A DNA stretch of 64,000 bases from an uncultured Chitinophagaceae bacterium. Lineage in GTDB: Bacteria > Bacteroidota > Bacteroidia > Chitinophagales > Chitinophagaceae. The position numbers and the translations under genes are program-made. Shown here piece by piece: positions 10,262 through 20,512 of this stretch. How positions within the stretch are numbered: position 1 is the stretch's first letter; each line of letters starts with the position of its first letter. The notes beneath the pieces are model-generated. The model worked only from the letters and a program-made list of their open reading frames with translations, was not told the DNA's origin and made no database searches. The stretch spans positions 884,935 to 948,934 of the forward strand of contig OY969906.1 of NCBI GenBank assembly GCA_963704395.1, in the 5' to 3' direction.

Positions 10262-12226
10262 TTAATCCGGTTTTTCTCCATCTAAAAAAGTATTGATAGT
10301 GCTGATTTCGGCTTTATTATTTTCGCCCGACTTTACGGTGTAATTACTATAAAAAGTTTCTACATCGGCAATGGAATTTTGCAATTCCATATTGCGGCGG
10401 AGATAGGCCGGAACCGACTCAAACTCATTGTTAGGATCCGCAGCGTTAACATTAAAGGAAAGATTCCTCAACTTCGCAATACGGTCTATTGCCCGGCGCT
10501 TTAATTCTTCTGTTTCGTCCACCATCGGCGGTTCCTCAACAGAAGGCATCATGATAGGCATTGTTTGGTGTACTTTCTTTTCCTGGTTTTCCTCCACCGC
10601 ATCATTGGAATTTTTCACCACCAATTGCATTTCTTCGACAGGCTCGTCTTCCTGTTTGGAAATTTGCAAAGGGGCGCGTTTATCCAGAGTTTCGGATTCA
10701 TTTTCTGGCTTTTCCTCTGCATAAATCTGCTTCGGTTTCACCAGATAACCGCCTGACGTTTGGGCGGCGCTAGCGTCTTTATTAATTTCTTTATGTTTCT
10801 CGTGGTTTAAGTTTTCAGCTTTATCCTGCTGAGCAGAGCTGGTTTTCTTCGTTTCAGAATTGTTATCCGAAGATAACTCGAAATGAACTATAGATTCAGA
10901 TGAGTTATCAACAGTATTTTTACTATTAATATATAGTAATTTTACGGATGACTTTTCAGAAGCTTCTGCTAATTTAGGGCTCATTTTCTTGGCTTCCTCA
11001 TCTTCTTGTTGTAACGCCTCATATAAGTCTTCCTCTTTCAGGGTTTTGAATCCTTTTTGTTCGATAATATTCTCTTCTTCAATAATCTCATCTATAGGAT
11101 CAGTGGAATCCTCTTTATTAATAAGAGTTTCATTCTTTTCATCAAAAAGAAAAAGTGGTTGCCCTTGTTTTTTCTTTTCTTCCTGCTGAAGAACCATTAC
11201 TATTTTTTCATCTTCCTTTTTCATTTCTTCACTCCGATTTTCTTTTTTATCAAAAGGCTCCTTATGATCAAACCCGGTTGCAATCAATGTGATACCGATT
11301 TTATTTTCAAGAGCATTATCATATCCCAATCCAAGTATCACATCTGAATCTTCGCCAGCCTGGCTCAACAGATGATTTTGAATCGTTTCCACTTCGTCCA
11401 TTGTAAATTCGGTCTCCCCTTCGGCAGAATTGATATTGATAAGAATCCACTTAGCCCCACGAATATCATTATCATTCAGCAGAGGAGAATTCAGCGCCTG
11501 CTCAATGGCTTTCTGAGCGCGGTTTTCACCCTCACATTGGGCACTTCCAAGAATCGCAACACCACCTTTTTGCATTACCGTACATACATCAGCAAAGTCA
11601 ACATTTATTTGCCCCGTGCTGTTGATCACATCAGTAATACACTTTGCGGCCGTAGCCAAAACATTATCTGCTTTTGCAAAGGCAGCCTTCATGGTAAGGT
11701 TTCCAAACTGATGGCGCAATTTATCATTGCTGATAACCAAAAGTGTATCCACATGATCTTTCAATTTATTGATGCCATCCTCTGCCTGTGCGATTCTTTT
11801 TTTCCCTTCATAGGCAAACGGTGTAGTTACAATGCCAACGGTAAGAATACCAAGATCTTTACAAATTTTTGCAATAATAGGCGCACCGCCTGTCCCGGTA
11901 CCACCGCCCATGCCGGCAGTAATGAAAGCCATTTTCGTATTTACTTCAAGGATCTTTTTTATTTCATCAAGACTTTCTTCAGTAGCCTCCCGGCCAATGT
12001 CAGGATTGGCACCTGCTCCAAGTCCCTGGGTTAAGTGCGGGCCAAGTTGTACTTTATTAGGCACTTTGCTATGAGTAATGGCTTGTGCATCTGTATTACA
12101 AATAATAAAGTTTACGCCATCAATATTTTGATTGAACATGTAATTAACAGCATTACTGCCACCTCCGCCTATTCCTATTACTTTCAGAATAGATGATTGT
12201 TCTTTTGGCAAATCAAATTGAATCAT
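10262..12226 (-). CDS. ftsZ: Cell division GTPase FtsZ with long acidic linker
   Basis: GGGGSNAVN, GMGGGTGTG tubulin signature, NVDFADV, C-terminal VPAYLRR. Confidence 0.98.
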   Translation of the reverse strand: MIQFDLPKEQSSILKVIGIGGGGSNAVNYMFNQNIDGVNFIICNTDAQAITHSKVPNKVQLGPHLTQGLGAGANPDIGREATEESLDEIKKILEVNTKMAFITAGMGGGTGTGGAPIIAKICKDLGILTVGIVTTPFAYEGKKRIAQAEDGINKLKDHVDTLLVISNDKLRHQFGNLTMKAAFAKADNVLATAAKCITDVINSTGQINVDFADVCTVMQKGGVAILGSAQCEGENRAQKAIEQALNSPLLNDNDIRGAKWILININSAEGETEFTMDEVETIQNHLLSQAGEDSDVILGLGYDNALENKIGITLIATGFDHKEPFDKKENRSEEMKKEDEKIVMVLQQEEKKKQGQPLFLFDEKNETLINKEDSTDPIDEIIEEENIIEQKGFKTLKEEDLYEALQQEDEEAKKMSPKLAEASEKSSVKLLYINSKNTVDNSSESIVHFELSSDNNSETKKTSSAQQDKAENLNHEKHKEINKDASAAQTSGGYLVKPKQIYAEEKPENESETLDKRAPLQISKQEDEPVEEMQLVVKNSNDAVEENQEKKVHQTMPIMMPSVEEPPMVDETEELKRRAIDRIAKLRNLSFNVNAADPNNEFESVPAYLRRNMELQNSIADVETFYSNYTVKSGENNKAEISTINTFLDGEKPD

Positions 12227-12380
12227 AATTGGGTTCCTCCATTTCCCCGTAGGGATTTTTTGTTTTGGGTTAGTAATCAGCCTTTCATTTTTATTAAAAA
12301 AATTAAAAGCAATTTTTAATAATGTTTTTTATCTCTGGAAAATATCGCCCCATCCCTGTCCAATTAGAGAAGGGGAAGCT

Positions 12381-13751
12381 TTACAATTCTGAATCTTCTT
12401 CGTCTTTAAACATTTCTATCAATCCGTTTTTGCATGAATCCAAAAAACTTTTTAATGTCTTTCTTGGTTTTACAACATTCAATCTCTCATCGGCAAATTT
12501 CATCTCCATTTCGTTTATGCCTGAGCGTTGTAGCCCTTCAGGGATATTCAATTTTGCAAATTGTTGTTCAAATTGTTTCCTTTTATTTTCAAAGTCATTA
12601 TATCCTTTTAAAATCAAACCCAGGCAAGTAGCGTACATAGGTTTTGCCAGTTCTTCGATATGTCCTGATGCAAGATGTTCATTTGGATAACCGATTCTGG
12701 CATTCAATCCCGTAACATACTCTGTCAACTGAATCAAATGTTTAAGCTGTGAACCCCCTCCGGTAAGGACGACGCCACCGTTAAGCATTCTGTTATCGAG
12801 GCCTACCTGCTTTAAATGGTAGGATACAAAATCCATTATCTCGCTCATTCGCGCCTGTATAATTCCTGCCAGATTCTTTACACTGATTTCTTTGGCTGCC
12901 ATACCCCGCAACCCCGGAATGGTTATGTAAGTATTGGATTTCGCCTCATCCGAAAGGGCGCTTCCAAACTGTACTTTCATTTGCTCGGCCTGTGTTTTTA
13001 AAACTCCTAACCCAGTTTTAATATCAATTGTTATATTTTCCCCGCCAAAAGGAATTACTGCGGTATGCTTCAAAATACCTTCATAAAAAACGGCAAGGTC
13101 TGTGGTCCCGCCGCCAATATCCACGATGGCTACGCCGGCTTCCAGATCATGGTCACACATTACTGCGGCTGCAGATGCAAGAGGCTGAAGCACAAGATCT
13201 TTTATTTTTAATCCGGCTTTTTCTACACTACGGTTAATGTTTCTGATCGCATTTTTATCCCCTGTTATGATATGAAAGTTTGCGCCCACTTTTACACCAC
13301 TGTATCCAATGGGATCAGGAATATTCTGAAAATTATCTACCGTAAATTCCTGTGGAATCACATCGATGATCTGATCTCCAGCGGGAATGTAAGTTTTGTA
13401 TTGATCATTTACCAATTGATCGATTTCAGATTGCATGATTTCTTCTTCGGTGTTTTGTCTAACAATATCGCCTCGTGTCTGTAGGCTTTTAATGTGATGC
13501 CCGGCAATACCTACATACACTTCTGTAATAGGCAAATTCGGATTACTGGCATAGCAATTTTCCAGTGCGGTTTGTATGGCATTAATGGTTTGGTCAATGT
13601 TGAGTACCATGCCATGTTGGACACCGTTGCTGTTGGCTCTTCCAAAGCCAAGGATTTCGAGTTTGCCAAATTCATTTTTTCTTCCGGCAATAGCGGCGAT
13701 CTTGGTAGTTCCAATGTCGAGGCCTACAATAATGGGTTGTTCGTTGTTCAT
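12381..13751 (-). CDS. ftsA: Cell division protein FtsA
   Basis: VGLDIGTTKI, IVDIGGGTTD, LTGGGSQL actin-like motifs; dcw position. Confidence 0.97.
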   Translation of the reverse strand: MNNEQPIIVGLDIGTTKIAAIAGRKNEFGKLEILGFGRANSNGVQHGMVLNIDQTINAIQTALENCYASNPNLPITEVYVGIAGHHIKSLQTRGDIVRQNTEEEIMQSEIDQLVNDQYKTYIPAGDQIIDVIPQEFTVDNFQNIPDPIGYSGVKVGANFHIITGDKNAIRNINRSVEKAGLKIKDLVLQPLASAAAVMCDHDLEAGVAIVDIGGGTTDLAVFYEGILKHTAVIPFGGENITIDIKTGLGVLKTQAEQMKVQFGSALSDEAKSNTYITIPGLRGMAAKEISVKNLAGIIQARMSEIMDFVSYHLKQVGLDNRMLNGGVVLTGGGSQLKHLIQLTEYVTGLNARIGYPNEHLASGHIEELAKPMYATCLGLILKGYNDFENKRKQFEQQFAKLNIPEGLQRSGINEMEMKFADERLNVVKPRKTLKSFLDSCKNGLIEMFKDEEDSEL

Positions 13752-13812
13752 ATTTTTTTGTTTTGCGGATGAAATCCGGAGTTATTTACATTTTTTTCTT
13801 ATTTCAAAATTC

Positions 13813-15084
13813 TTAATAATCACTTTTTGGCGGCATTACCGCTTTAGGGATTCTCTTTACTTTTAGCGGCGGTTTGGTGAATTCGGCGGGAGGTTTTTTC
13901 GCTTCCTTTTTTAATTCAATTTTTTTTGATTCCTCCTTTTTTCCTGCGGGATTTTGAATTGGGGCAGAACTCAGTTTTTCATTCGAAAATGGATGACTGA
14001 TAACCTTTTCACTCTCGCTTGAGACTTGTTTTTTACTAAAGTGTTTTTCAAGATAATGGACAGGAGCTACAGGACTCACTTTTGTTTCATTGGATTTCTT
14101 TTCATGAATTTTATTTTCCATCTTTGTTCCATCTGGTATCTTTTTTATAACAGGCGAACTATTTCCTATTGCATTAATATCATCAGGAGATTGAGGCAAT
14201 TGAATTTTGGAAGAGTCATTCGTATTCTTTTGAGCCTCTTCGATATTGCTTTTCATGATTTCAACCGCGCGCAAAGAATCAGATTTCATTTCTGCTTCAT
14301 TGCGATTTATACCCACTACCTGGCCCCTAAACCGCACATCAATAATCGAATATTTGTTCCATCCGACTTTGGTTTGAATTTGTTTATAAAATGCGAGAAG
14401 TTTATTAAATTTCTCTTCGCAATTATCTGCATTCCCAAATCGAATTAACTGGTTTCCTAATTTCGGAACTAGCTCAAAAGTACCTGCCGGCGTAATGTTC
14501 ACCTGATCTATTTGAGCCATCCAAAAAGGATGAGAGTCTATATATTCACCCAATATTTTGACCTCGGCAAGAAGAATGCTATCTTGCTTTTTTTGCGACC
14601 TTGTATCGGAAGGGAAACCGGTAAATACCGGGAGTCTCTCAGAAAATAGAGTACTCAATGGCAATCTTGTCAATGAACTATCAATATAAAATGACGACCC
14701 CAAAGATGTAAATATTCTTGCTACCGGTTCTCTTTCAGTAATCTTTACCTGCAATACATTATTGTTATCAAAAAATATCTCCGCTTTTTTAATCCAGATT
14801 TCCTTTGCCAAAATGGTTTCCATCTTCGTAAAATCGAGAGTGCTTAGTATTGTTGATTGATTCAGTTTTTTCCCGTTTTCCCTTTCAAGAATAGCAAATA
14901 CATACCTTTTGGAAACAAAAGAATGATTTTGAACCTTGGAAATATGTATTTCAACACCCGAAATTTGCTCATTATTTTTTCTGGTCATAGCAGCAACCAA
15001 AAGCACTACAGCACCTGCTCCCAATAATATGCCTATTGCGATTACAAAGATTTTCCTCAAGTTGAATTTGTTATTACCTTTCAT
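13813..15084 (-). CDS. ftsQ: Cell division protein FtsQ/DivIB with long C-terminal tail
   Basis: Single N-terminal TM helix, POTRA-like region (VKITEREPVARI), position between murC and ftsA. Confidence 0.85.
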   Translation of the reverse strand: MKGNNKFNLRKIFVIAIGILLGAGAVVLLVAAMTRKNNEQISGVEIHISKVQNHSFVSKRYVFAILERENGKKLNQSTILSTLDFTKMETILAKEIWIKKAEIFFDNNNVLQVKITEREPVARIFTSLGSSFYIDSSLTRLPLSTLFSERLPVFTGFPSDTRSQKKQDSILLAEVKILGEYIDSHPFWMAQIDQVNITPAGTFELVPKLGNQLIRFGNADNCEEKFNKLLAFYKQIQTKVGWNKYSIIDVRFRGQVVGINRNEAEMKSDSLRAVEIMKSNIEEAQKNTNDSSKIQLPQSPDDINAIGNSSPVIKKIPDGTKMENKIHEKKSNETKVSPVAPVHYLEKHFSKKQVSSESEKVISHPFSNEKLSSAPIQNPAGKKEESKKIELKKEAKKPPAEFTKPPLKVKRIPKAVMPPKSDY

Positions 15085-15086
15085 TT

Positions 15087-16496
15087 TTACAACGTACTCA
15101 ATATTATTTCTTTAATGGGTTGTACCAGTTTATCAATATCACCGGCGCCTGCGGTAATTAATACTTCTCCAAAACTGCTTTCATCTACCAATTTCAAATA
15201 ATCGCCTTGTAAATATTTTAGCAATCCTTCTTTTGAAATAACCACAGCATTTTTATTTTCCATTTCTATTAAAATCTTTTCACTTGTTACTCCATCTGCC
15301 GGCAATTCTCTTGCCGGATAAATAGGAAGAAGTAAAATACGATCTGCCAAATCGAGGCTTCCGGCAAATTCTTTTGCAAAATCCCTGGTCCTTGAAAAAA
15401 GATGCGGTTGAAAAATAACCGTACATTTTTTAAAACTGAATAAACTTTTGGCACCTTGTATCAATGCGCTTAATTCGTCCGGATGATGCGCATAATCATC
15501 TATATAAATGACGTTATTTTTATTATTTGCCGCCTCTAAAGGATTTATAATATATTCAAATCTTCTTTTAATACCTTTAAAAGTCCCCACAGCATTGATA
15601 ATTTTTAAGGGCTGAATTTTCAAATAGGCTGCTACAGATATTGCAGCTACAGCATTTTCCACATTATGCATACCGCCCATGTGTAACTTCACCTTATTGA
15701 GTTCCCAATCTTTAGCTGCTACATCAAATTCATAGCCACCATCTCGCATAGTGATATTGAAAGCATAAATATCAGCCATATCATTCTGAAGACTGTAACG
15801 GAGATGATTATTCGCATCAAAATTCTTTCCCGGCAATCCGAATTTTGTTAATAATAGGCCATCCGGTTTTAATTGATTTGCAAAATCGACAAAAGCATCT
15901 TCCATTTTATCTTTGGTCTGGTATATATCCAAATGATCCGCATCCATTGATGTTATGAGTGCTATATCAGGAGATAGCTTTAAAAAACTCCTGTCGTATT
16001 CATCGGCCTCTATGACGGAAACATTATTATCACCGTCCCAGAAATTAGTATCATAATTTATTGAAATGCCCCCCAAAAAAGCATTACAACCAAAACCCGA
16101 ATGACGAAGTATATGAGCTAACATGGTACTGGTTGTTGTTTTACCATGCGTGCCGGCAATGCAAATATTAAAGGACGATCTGGTTATCTGCTGAAGCACA
16201 TCACTGCGTTTGGCCATTTCATAATTATGATCTCTATAATAATTCAACTCTTTATGGCCGGCAGGTATCGCAGGGGTATAAATAACCAAGTCAGCGTCTT
16301 TATCAAGTAATGCCACATTATCTTCATAATGAATAACCATTCCTTCTCTTTCCATTTTTTGGGTGAGCGAAGTTGAAGTCTTGTCATAACCGCTAACAAG
16401 TACCTTTTTGCTAAAAAAATATCTTGCCAGGGCGCTCATTCCAATGCCGCCAATACCTATAAAATAAACCCTTGATATAATTGAACTATCTTTCAT
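15087..16496 (-). CDS. murC: UDP-N-acetylmuramate--L-alanine ligase
   Basis: FIGIGGIGMSALA, GTHGKTTTS, EADEYDRSFL, DDYAHHP. Confidence 0.97.
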   Translation of the reverse strand: MKDSSIISRVYFIGIGGIGMSALARYFFSKKVLVSGYDKTSTSLTQKMEREGMVIHYEDNVALLDKDADLVIYTPAIPAGHKELNYYRDHNYEMAKRSDVLQQITRSSFNICIAGTHGKTTTSTMLAHILRHSGFGCNAFLGGISINYDTNFWDGDNNVSVIEADEYDRSFLKLSPDIALITSMDADHLDIYQTKDKMEDAFVDFANQLKPDGLLLTKFGLPGKNFDANNHLRYSLQNDMADIYAFNITMRDGGYEFDVAAKDWELNKVKLHMGGMHNVENAVAAISVAAYLKIQPLKIINAVGTFKGIKRRFEYIINPLEAANNKNNVIYIDDYAHHPDELSALIQGAKSLFSFKKCTVIFQPHLFSRTRDFAKEFAGSLDLADRILLLPIYPARELPADGVTSEKILIEMENKNAVVISKEGLLKYLQGDYLKLVDESSFGEVLITAGAGDIDKLVQPIKEIILSTL

Positions 16497-16566
16497 TTTA
16501 CTTCTTTCAATTCCATTTTATTTTTTTCCGGTAGCCTTCCTTACCAGAAAGCTGGAATCCGGATTT

Positions 16567-17640
16567 CTAATTTATATGTTTTATAATTTCTGTCGCAATC
16601 ATTTCATCAGCATTTTTATTACTCATTTTTAATGCATTATTTCCCAATTCTTTCATCCACTCCTCTTCGTTTATCAACTTCAATAAACAGGGGAACAATT
16701 CACTTTTTATTTTTTTATCAGGCACTATTAGCGCTGCCTTTCTATTTACCAAAACCATTGCATTCACCGTCTGATGGTCTTCAGACGCAATTGGATAGGG
16801 AACAAAAATGGCAGGTTTACCAACCATACAGATTTCAGCCACCGTCATTGCTCCGGACCTTGCCACAACCACATCAGCAGCGGAATATGCGTTTTCCATA
16901 TTATCAATAAATGCATTTGTCCAGATGTTCTTTTCTTCTTTAACAACTTTTGACTCATAATTTTTTCCGGTTTGCCAAATCAATTGAAGATCATTTTTTA
17001 TAAAAGCATCCACATTCTCCTCAATGGTTTCATTAATGCTTTTTGCTCCCAGACTCCCTCCCATTACAAAAACCGTTTTTAAACCCGGCTTCAAACCAAA
17101 AAAATTAAGTGCTTCTTCTTTAGGGATTTTTTGCAAAAAAATACTTCGTACAGGATTTCCTGTCACTTTTATTTTCCCGGCAGGAAAATATTTTTCCATT
17201 CCTTCCGAAGGCACAAAAATCTCCGTGGCTCTTTTTCCCAAAATGAGATTACTTCTACCAGGTAAAGAATTACTTTCATGAATAAATGAAGGGATCCCTT
17301 TGCTTTGCGCATATCGCAATACAGGGAAAGTTGAATATCCACCAACTCCTACCACAGCATCAGGTTTGAAGGCTTTAATAATTTTTCGTACCTGCAAAAA
17401 ACTCTTTACCAGTTTGAAAGGCAACCTGACATTTTTTATCAAAGAACTTCTGTTATATCCCGCTATATCCAGACCAATAATTTTAAAACCGGCAGCCGGA
17501 ATTTTTTCCATTTCCATTTTTCCTTTTGCTCCCACAAATAAAATTTCCATTTCCAACATTTTATTTTTCAATGCATTGGCAATCGCTAACGCAGGAAAAA
17601 TATGGCCGCCTGTCCCGCCTCCTGCAATAATTATTTTCAT
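16567..17640 (-). CDS. murG: Undecaprenyl-PP-MurNAc-pentapeptide GlcNAc transferase
   Basis: GGGTGGHIFP, GGSLGA, HQTVNA motifs. Confidence 0.97.
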   Translation of the reverse strand: MKIIIAGGGTGGHIFPALAIANALKNKMLEMEILFVGAKGKMEMEKIPAAGFKIIGLDIAGYNRSSLIKNVRLPFKLVKSFLQVRKIIKAFKPDAVVGVGGYSTFPVLRYAQSKGIPSFIHESNSLPGRSNLILGKRATEIFVPSEGMEKYFPAGKIKVTGNPVRSIFLQKIPKEEALNFFGLKPGLKTVFVMGGSLGAKSINETIEENVDAFIKNDLQLIWQTGKNYESKVVKEEKNIWTNAFIDNMENAYSAADVVVARSGAMTVAEICMVGKPAIFVPYPIASEDHQTVNAMVLVNRKAALIVPDKKIKSELFPCLLKLINEEEWMKELGNNALKMSNKNADEMIATEIIKHIN

Positions 17641-17647
17641 GTTGCCC

Positions 17648-18973
17648 TTATTTTCTTGTTCCTTTTTCAGCCCTCTGCCTTAAACTTTCATCTTCATCTG
17701 TCGGATCATTGCTATCTTCTGTTTCCTGAGGGGCCCATTCGGCATTTCTGCCTTCAACTTGTTCCACATTTCTGGCTACACTTAAGATAATACCGATAGA
17801 AAAACAAGTAAACAAAAGACTGCTGCCCCCCATACTCACCAGGGGCAATGTAACCCCGGTAGTAGGAAAGAGGTTTACATTTACTCCCATATTTACCATT
17901 GCCTGAATTACCAAAGTAAAACTCAAAGCCACTGCCAGAAAGGCCCCGAATGCATAAGGGCATCGCTGAAAAAGCCTTATGCTTCGAAAGAGAAACAATA
18001 AATAAATTAATAAAATAACGGTGCCGCCCACCAGTCCATATTCTTCTATTATGATTGCATAAATAAAATCGCTGTAAGGATGTGGTAGAAAATTTCTTTC
18101 TTCACTTTTACCCGGACCTTTGCCAAATATGCCCCCGGTGGCAATGGCAATTTTAGCCTGTTGCACCTGATAAGACGCATCGGCTTTGTCAGCATATATA
18201 AAATCCTGCACTCTTTTTACCCAGGTAGGCATTCTTCCGAAAGATAAAATAGCCGGCAAATCTTCCGATACGTGATCCTTATGATTATAATAATGCGAGG
18301 CAATAGAAATTAGAATGATTAATGGAATCAATGCGGCCCCAATTAAAAGCATAATATGCCTGAGCCTCACTCTTCCGATAAACATAAGCATCAGTGCGAT
18401 ACCCCCTATTAATAATGCAGTAGAAAGATTTGCCGGAGCTATCAAAGCACAAATAACACCTACGGGAATTATCAGAGGAAGAAATCCTTCCTTAAAATCT
18501 TTAATCTCATTTTGCCTGCGGCTGAGAATACGGCTCATATACATAAACAATGCAAGCTTTGCCAGGTCAGATGTTTGAAAAGTAAGATTGATAACAGGCA
18601 ATCTTATCCAGCGGCTTGCTTCATTGATATCGCTTCCATATTTCAATGTATATAGCAGTAATGGTATTGAAATAATAAATAAAATGGAGGCGACACGCGA
18701 ATAAATAGTGTAATTGACTCTGTGGGCAAAATAAATGATAATTAATCCCAGACAGATATAACCTATCTGCCTGAACAAATAACTTTCGGCAGATTTATTC
18801 ATCCTATAGGCCAGGGAACCTACACTGCTATATACCGCAAGAATGCTCACCATGGTAAGCAGGACAACAATTGCCCAGATCACTTTATCTCCTTTGGTAC
18901 GGTTCCAAAGATTGCCCGTAACGGCTTGCGCAGAAGAAAGTGTATTGGAACCTATCTGTTTTGTGTCGCTCAT
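17648..18973 (-). CDS. ftsW: SEDS peptidoglycan polymerase FtsW
   Basis: Multi-TM, ASRWI, SDFIYAII, GVTLPLVSMGGSS. Confidence 0.95.
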   Translation of the reverse strand: MSDTKQIGSNTLSSAQAVTGNLWNRTKGDKVIWAIVVLLTMVSILAVYSSVGSLAYRMNKSAESYLFRQIGYICLGLIIIYFAHRVNYTIYSRVASILFIISIPLLLYTLKYGSDINEASRWIRLPVINLTFQTSDLAKLALFMYMSRILSRRQNEIKDFKEGFLPLIIPVGVICALIAPANLSTALLIGGIALMLMFIGRVRLRHIMLLIGAALIPLIILISIASHYYNHKDHVSEDLPAILSFGRMPTWVKRVQDFIYADKADASYQVQQAKIAIATGGIFGKGPGKSEERNFLPHPYSDFIYAIIIEEYGLVGGTVILLIYLLFLFRSIRLFQRCPYAFGAFLAVALSFTLVIQAMVNMGVNVNLFPTTGVTLPLVSMGGSSLLFTCFSIGIILSVARNVEQVEGRNAEWAPQETEDSNDPTDEDESLRQRAEKGTRK

Positions 18974-19029
18974 CTACATTTTATTATTCGTTAATTTGAA
19001 TTTTTGCAGTCATAATTCCTAATCCTTTT

Positions 19030-20373
19030 TTATAAATCCTTTACTGCTTCAATAAATTGCCTGCCACGATCTTCATAATTTTTAAACAGATCGAAACTGG
19101 CACATGCGGGTGATAGCAAAACCACGTCGCCTTTATCGGCAAAATGAAAAGCTGCCTCTACCGCTTCTTTAGCGCTTTGCGTATTTATCATTAGTTGTAC
19201 TTCCTTGCTGAATGCTTCATGTATTTTGGTGTTATCAATACCAAGGCAAATAATAGCTTTTACTTTTTCTTTTACCAAATCTTTTATAAATGAATAATCA
19301 TTGCCCTTGTCAATGCCACCCATAATAAGAATTACCGGCTTAGTCATGGACTCGAGTGCGAACCAGGTGCTGTTCACATTGGTAGCCTTACTGTCATTTA
19401 TAAATTCTACTCCTTTTATGGTCAATACCGTTGACATCCTGTGCTCAAGCCCCTTATACGTTTGTAAGGCTTCCCGAATTCTTTCCTTTCTTATTCCCAT
19501 CACGACACCACAAATCGCTGCTGCCATTGAATTGTACTGATTGTGTTTTCCTTTTATGGCAAAATCTCCCACATTCATTTCCATTTCTTCATCTTTCCAT
19601 CTCAAATGCATATTCGCGCTTATGATATATGCTCCTTCGGGTAGTTGGCTGTTCATACTTATTGGTAGTGGTTTAGTCTTGTTTAAAAATTTTTCTAAAT
19701 ATTTTTTCGTTATTTTATCATCATCGTTATAAATAAAAACGTCGCCTTCGGTTTGATTTTCTATAATTCTGAATTTGCTTTTTATATAATTTTCAAATTT
19801 GTATTCGTACCTGTCCAAATGATCTTCTGTGATATTAGTCAATATTGCCACGTCGGGTCTGAAACTTTTTATATCATCCAATTGAAAAGAACTTATTTCA
19901 ATTACATAAATCTTTTTAGGTGCTTGAACAACTTGTCTCGCAAACGAAAAACCGATATTCCCAACCATCGCACAATCCAGTCCCGCTGTTTTACAGATAT
20001 GGTATAATAAAGCGGTGGTTGTCGTTTTTCCATTGCTCCCTGTAATTCCAATTATCTTGCTATTGCCTTTATAACGATAGGCAAATTCAATTTCACCGAT
20101 TAAGTCAATTCCGCTCTTCCTGATATTCTTCACCATCTCACTCTTCTCAGGTATTCCCGGGCTTTTAACGATCAAAGAGGCGTTCAAAATTTTTTCTTTC
20201 GTATGTCGTCCTTCTTCAAAATCAATTTTTTTCAAAATCAATTCGTTTTTTAATCCGTCATTGATGAAGCCTCTGTCGCTCACAAAAACTTCAAACCCCT
20301 TTTGCTTTGCAAGCAAAGCAGCGCCAATTCCACTTTCGCCAGCGCCAAGTATCGCTATTCTTTTTTTTTCCAT
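19030..20373 (-). CDS. murD: UDP-N-acetylmuramoyl-L-alanine--D-glutamate ligase
   Basis: GITGSNGKTTT, INDSKATN, LLSPACASFD. Confidence 0.97.
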   Translation of the reverse strand: MEKKRIAILGAGESGIGAALLAKQKGFEVFVSDRGFINDGLKNELILKKIDFEEGRHTKEKILNASLIVKSPGIPEKSEMVKNIRKSGIDLIGEIEFAYRYKGNSKIIGITGSNGKTTTTALLYHICKTAGLDCAMVGNIGFSFARQVVQAPKKIYVIEISSFQLDDIKSFRPDVAILTNITEDHLDRYEYKFENYIKSKFRIIENQTEGDVFIYNDDDKITKKYLEKFLNKTKPLPISMNSQLPEGAYIISANMHLRWKDEEMEMNVGDFAIKGKHNQYNSMAAAICGVVMGIRKERIREALQTYKGLEHRMSTVLTIKGVEFINDSKATNVNSTWFALESMTKPVILIMGGIDKGNDYSFIKDLVKEKVKAIICLGIDNTKIHEAFSKEVQLMINTQSAKEAVEAAFHFADKGDVVLLSPACASFDLFKNYEDRGRQFIEAVKDL

Positions 20374-20512
20374 TCCGGGTTTTCAATTAGTCTGATTCTT
20401 TAAAAAAAGCTAACAGCTAAAATTAGAATTGCTCAAAACCTTTGGTCTCCAAAAGAATTGTTTTCTTAAAAACAAATCCTAATCAATACTTTCCGTTCCC
20501 CTCACACCTGCA

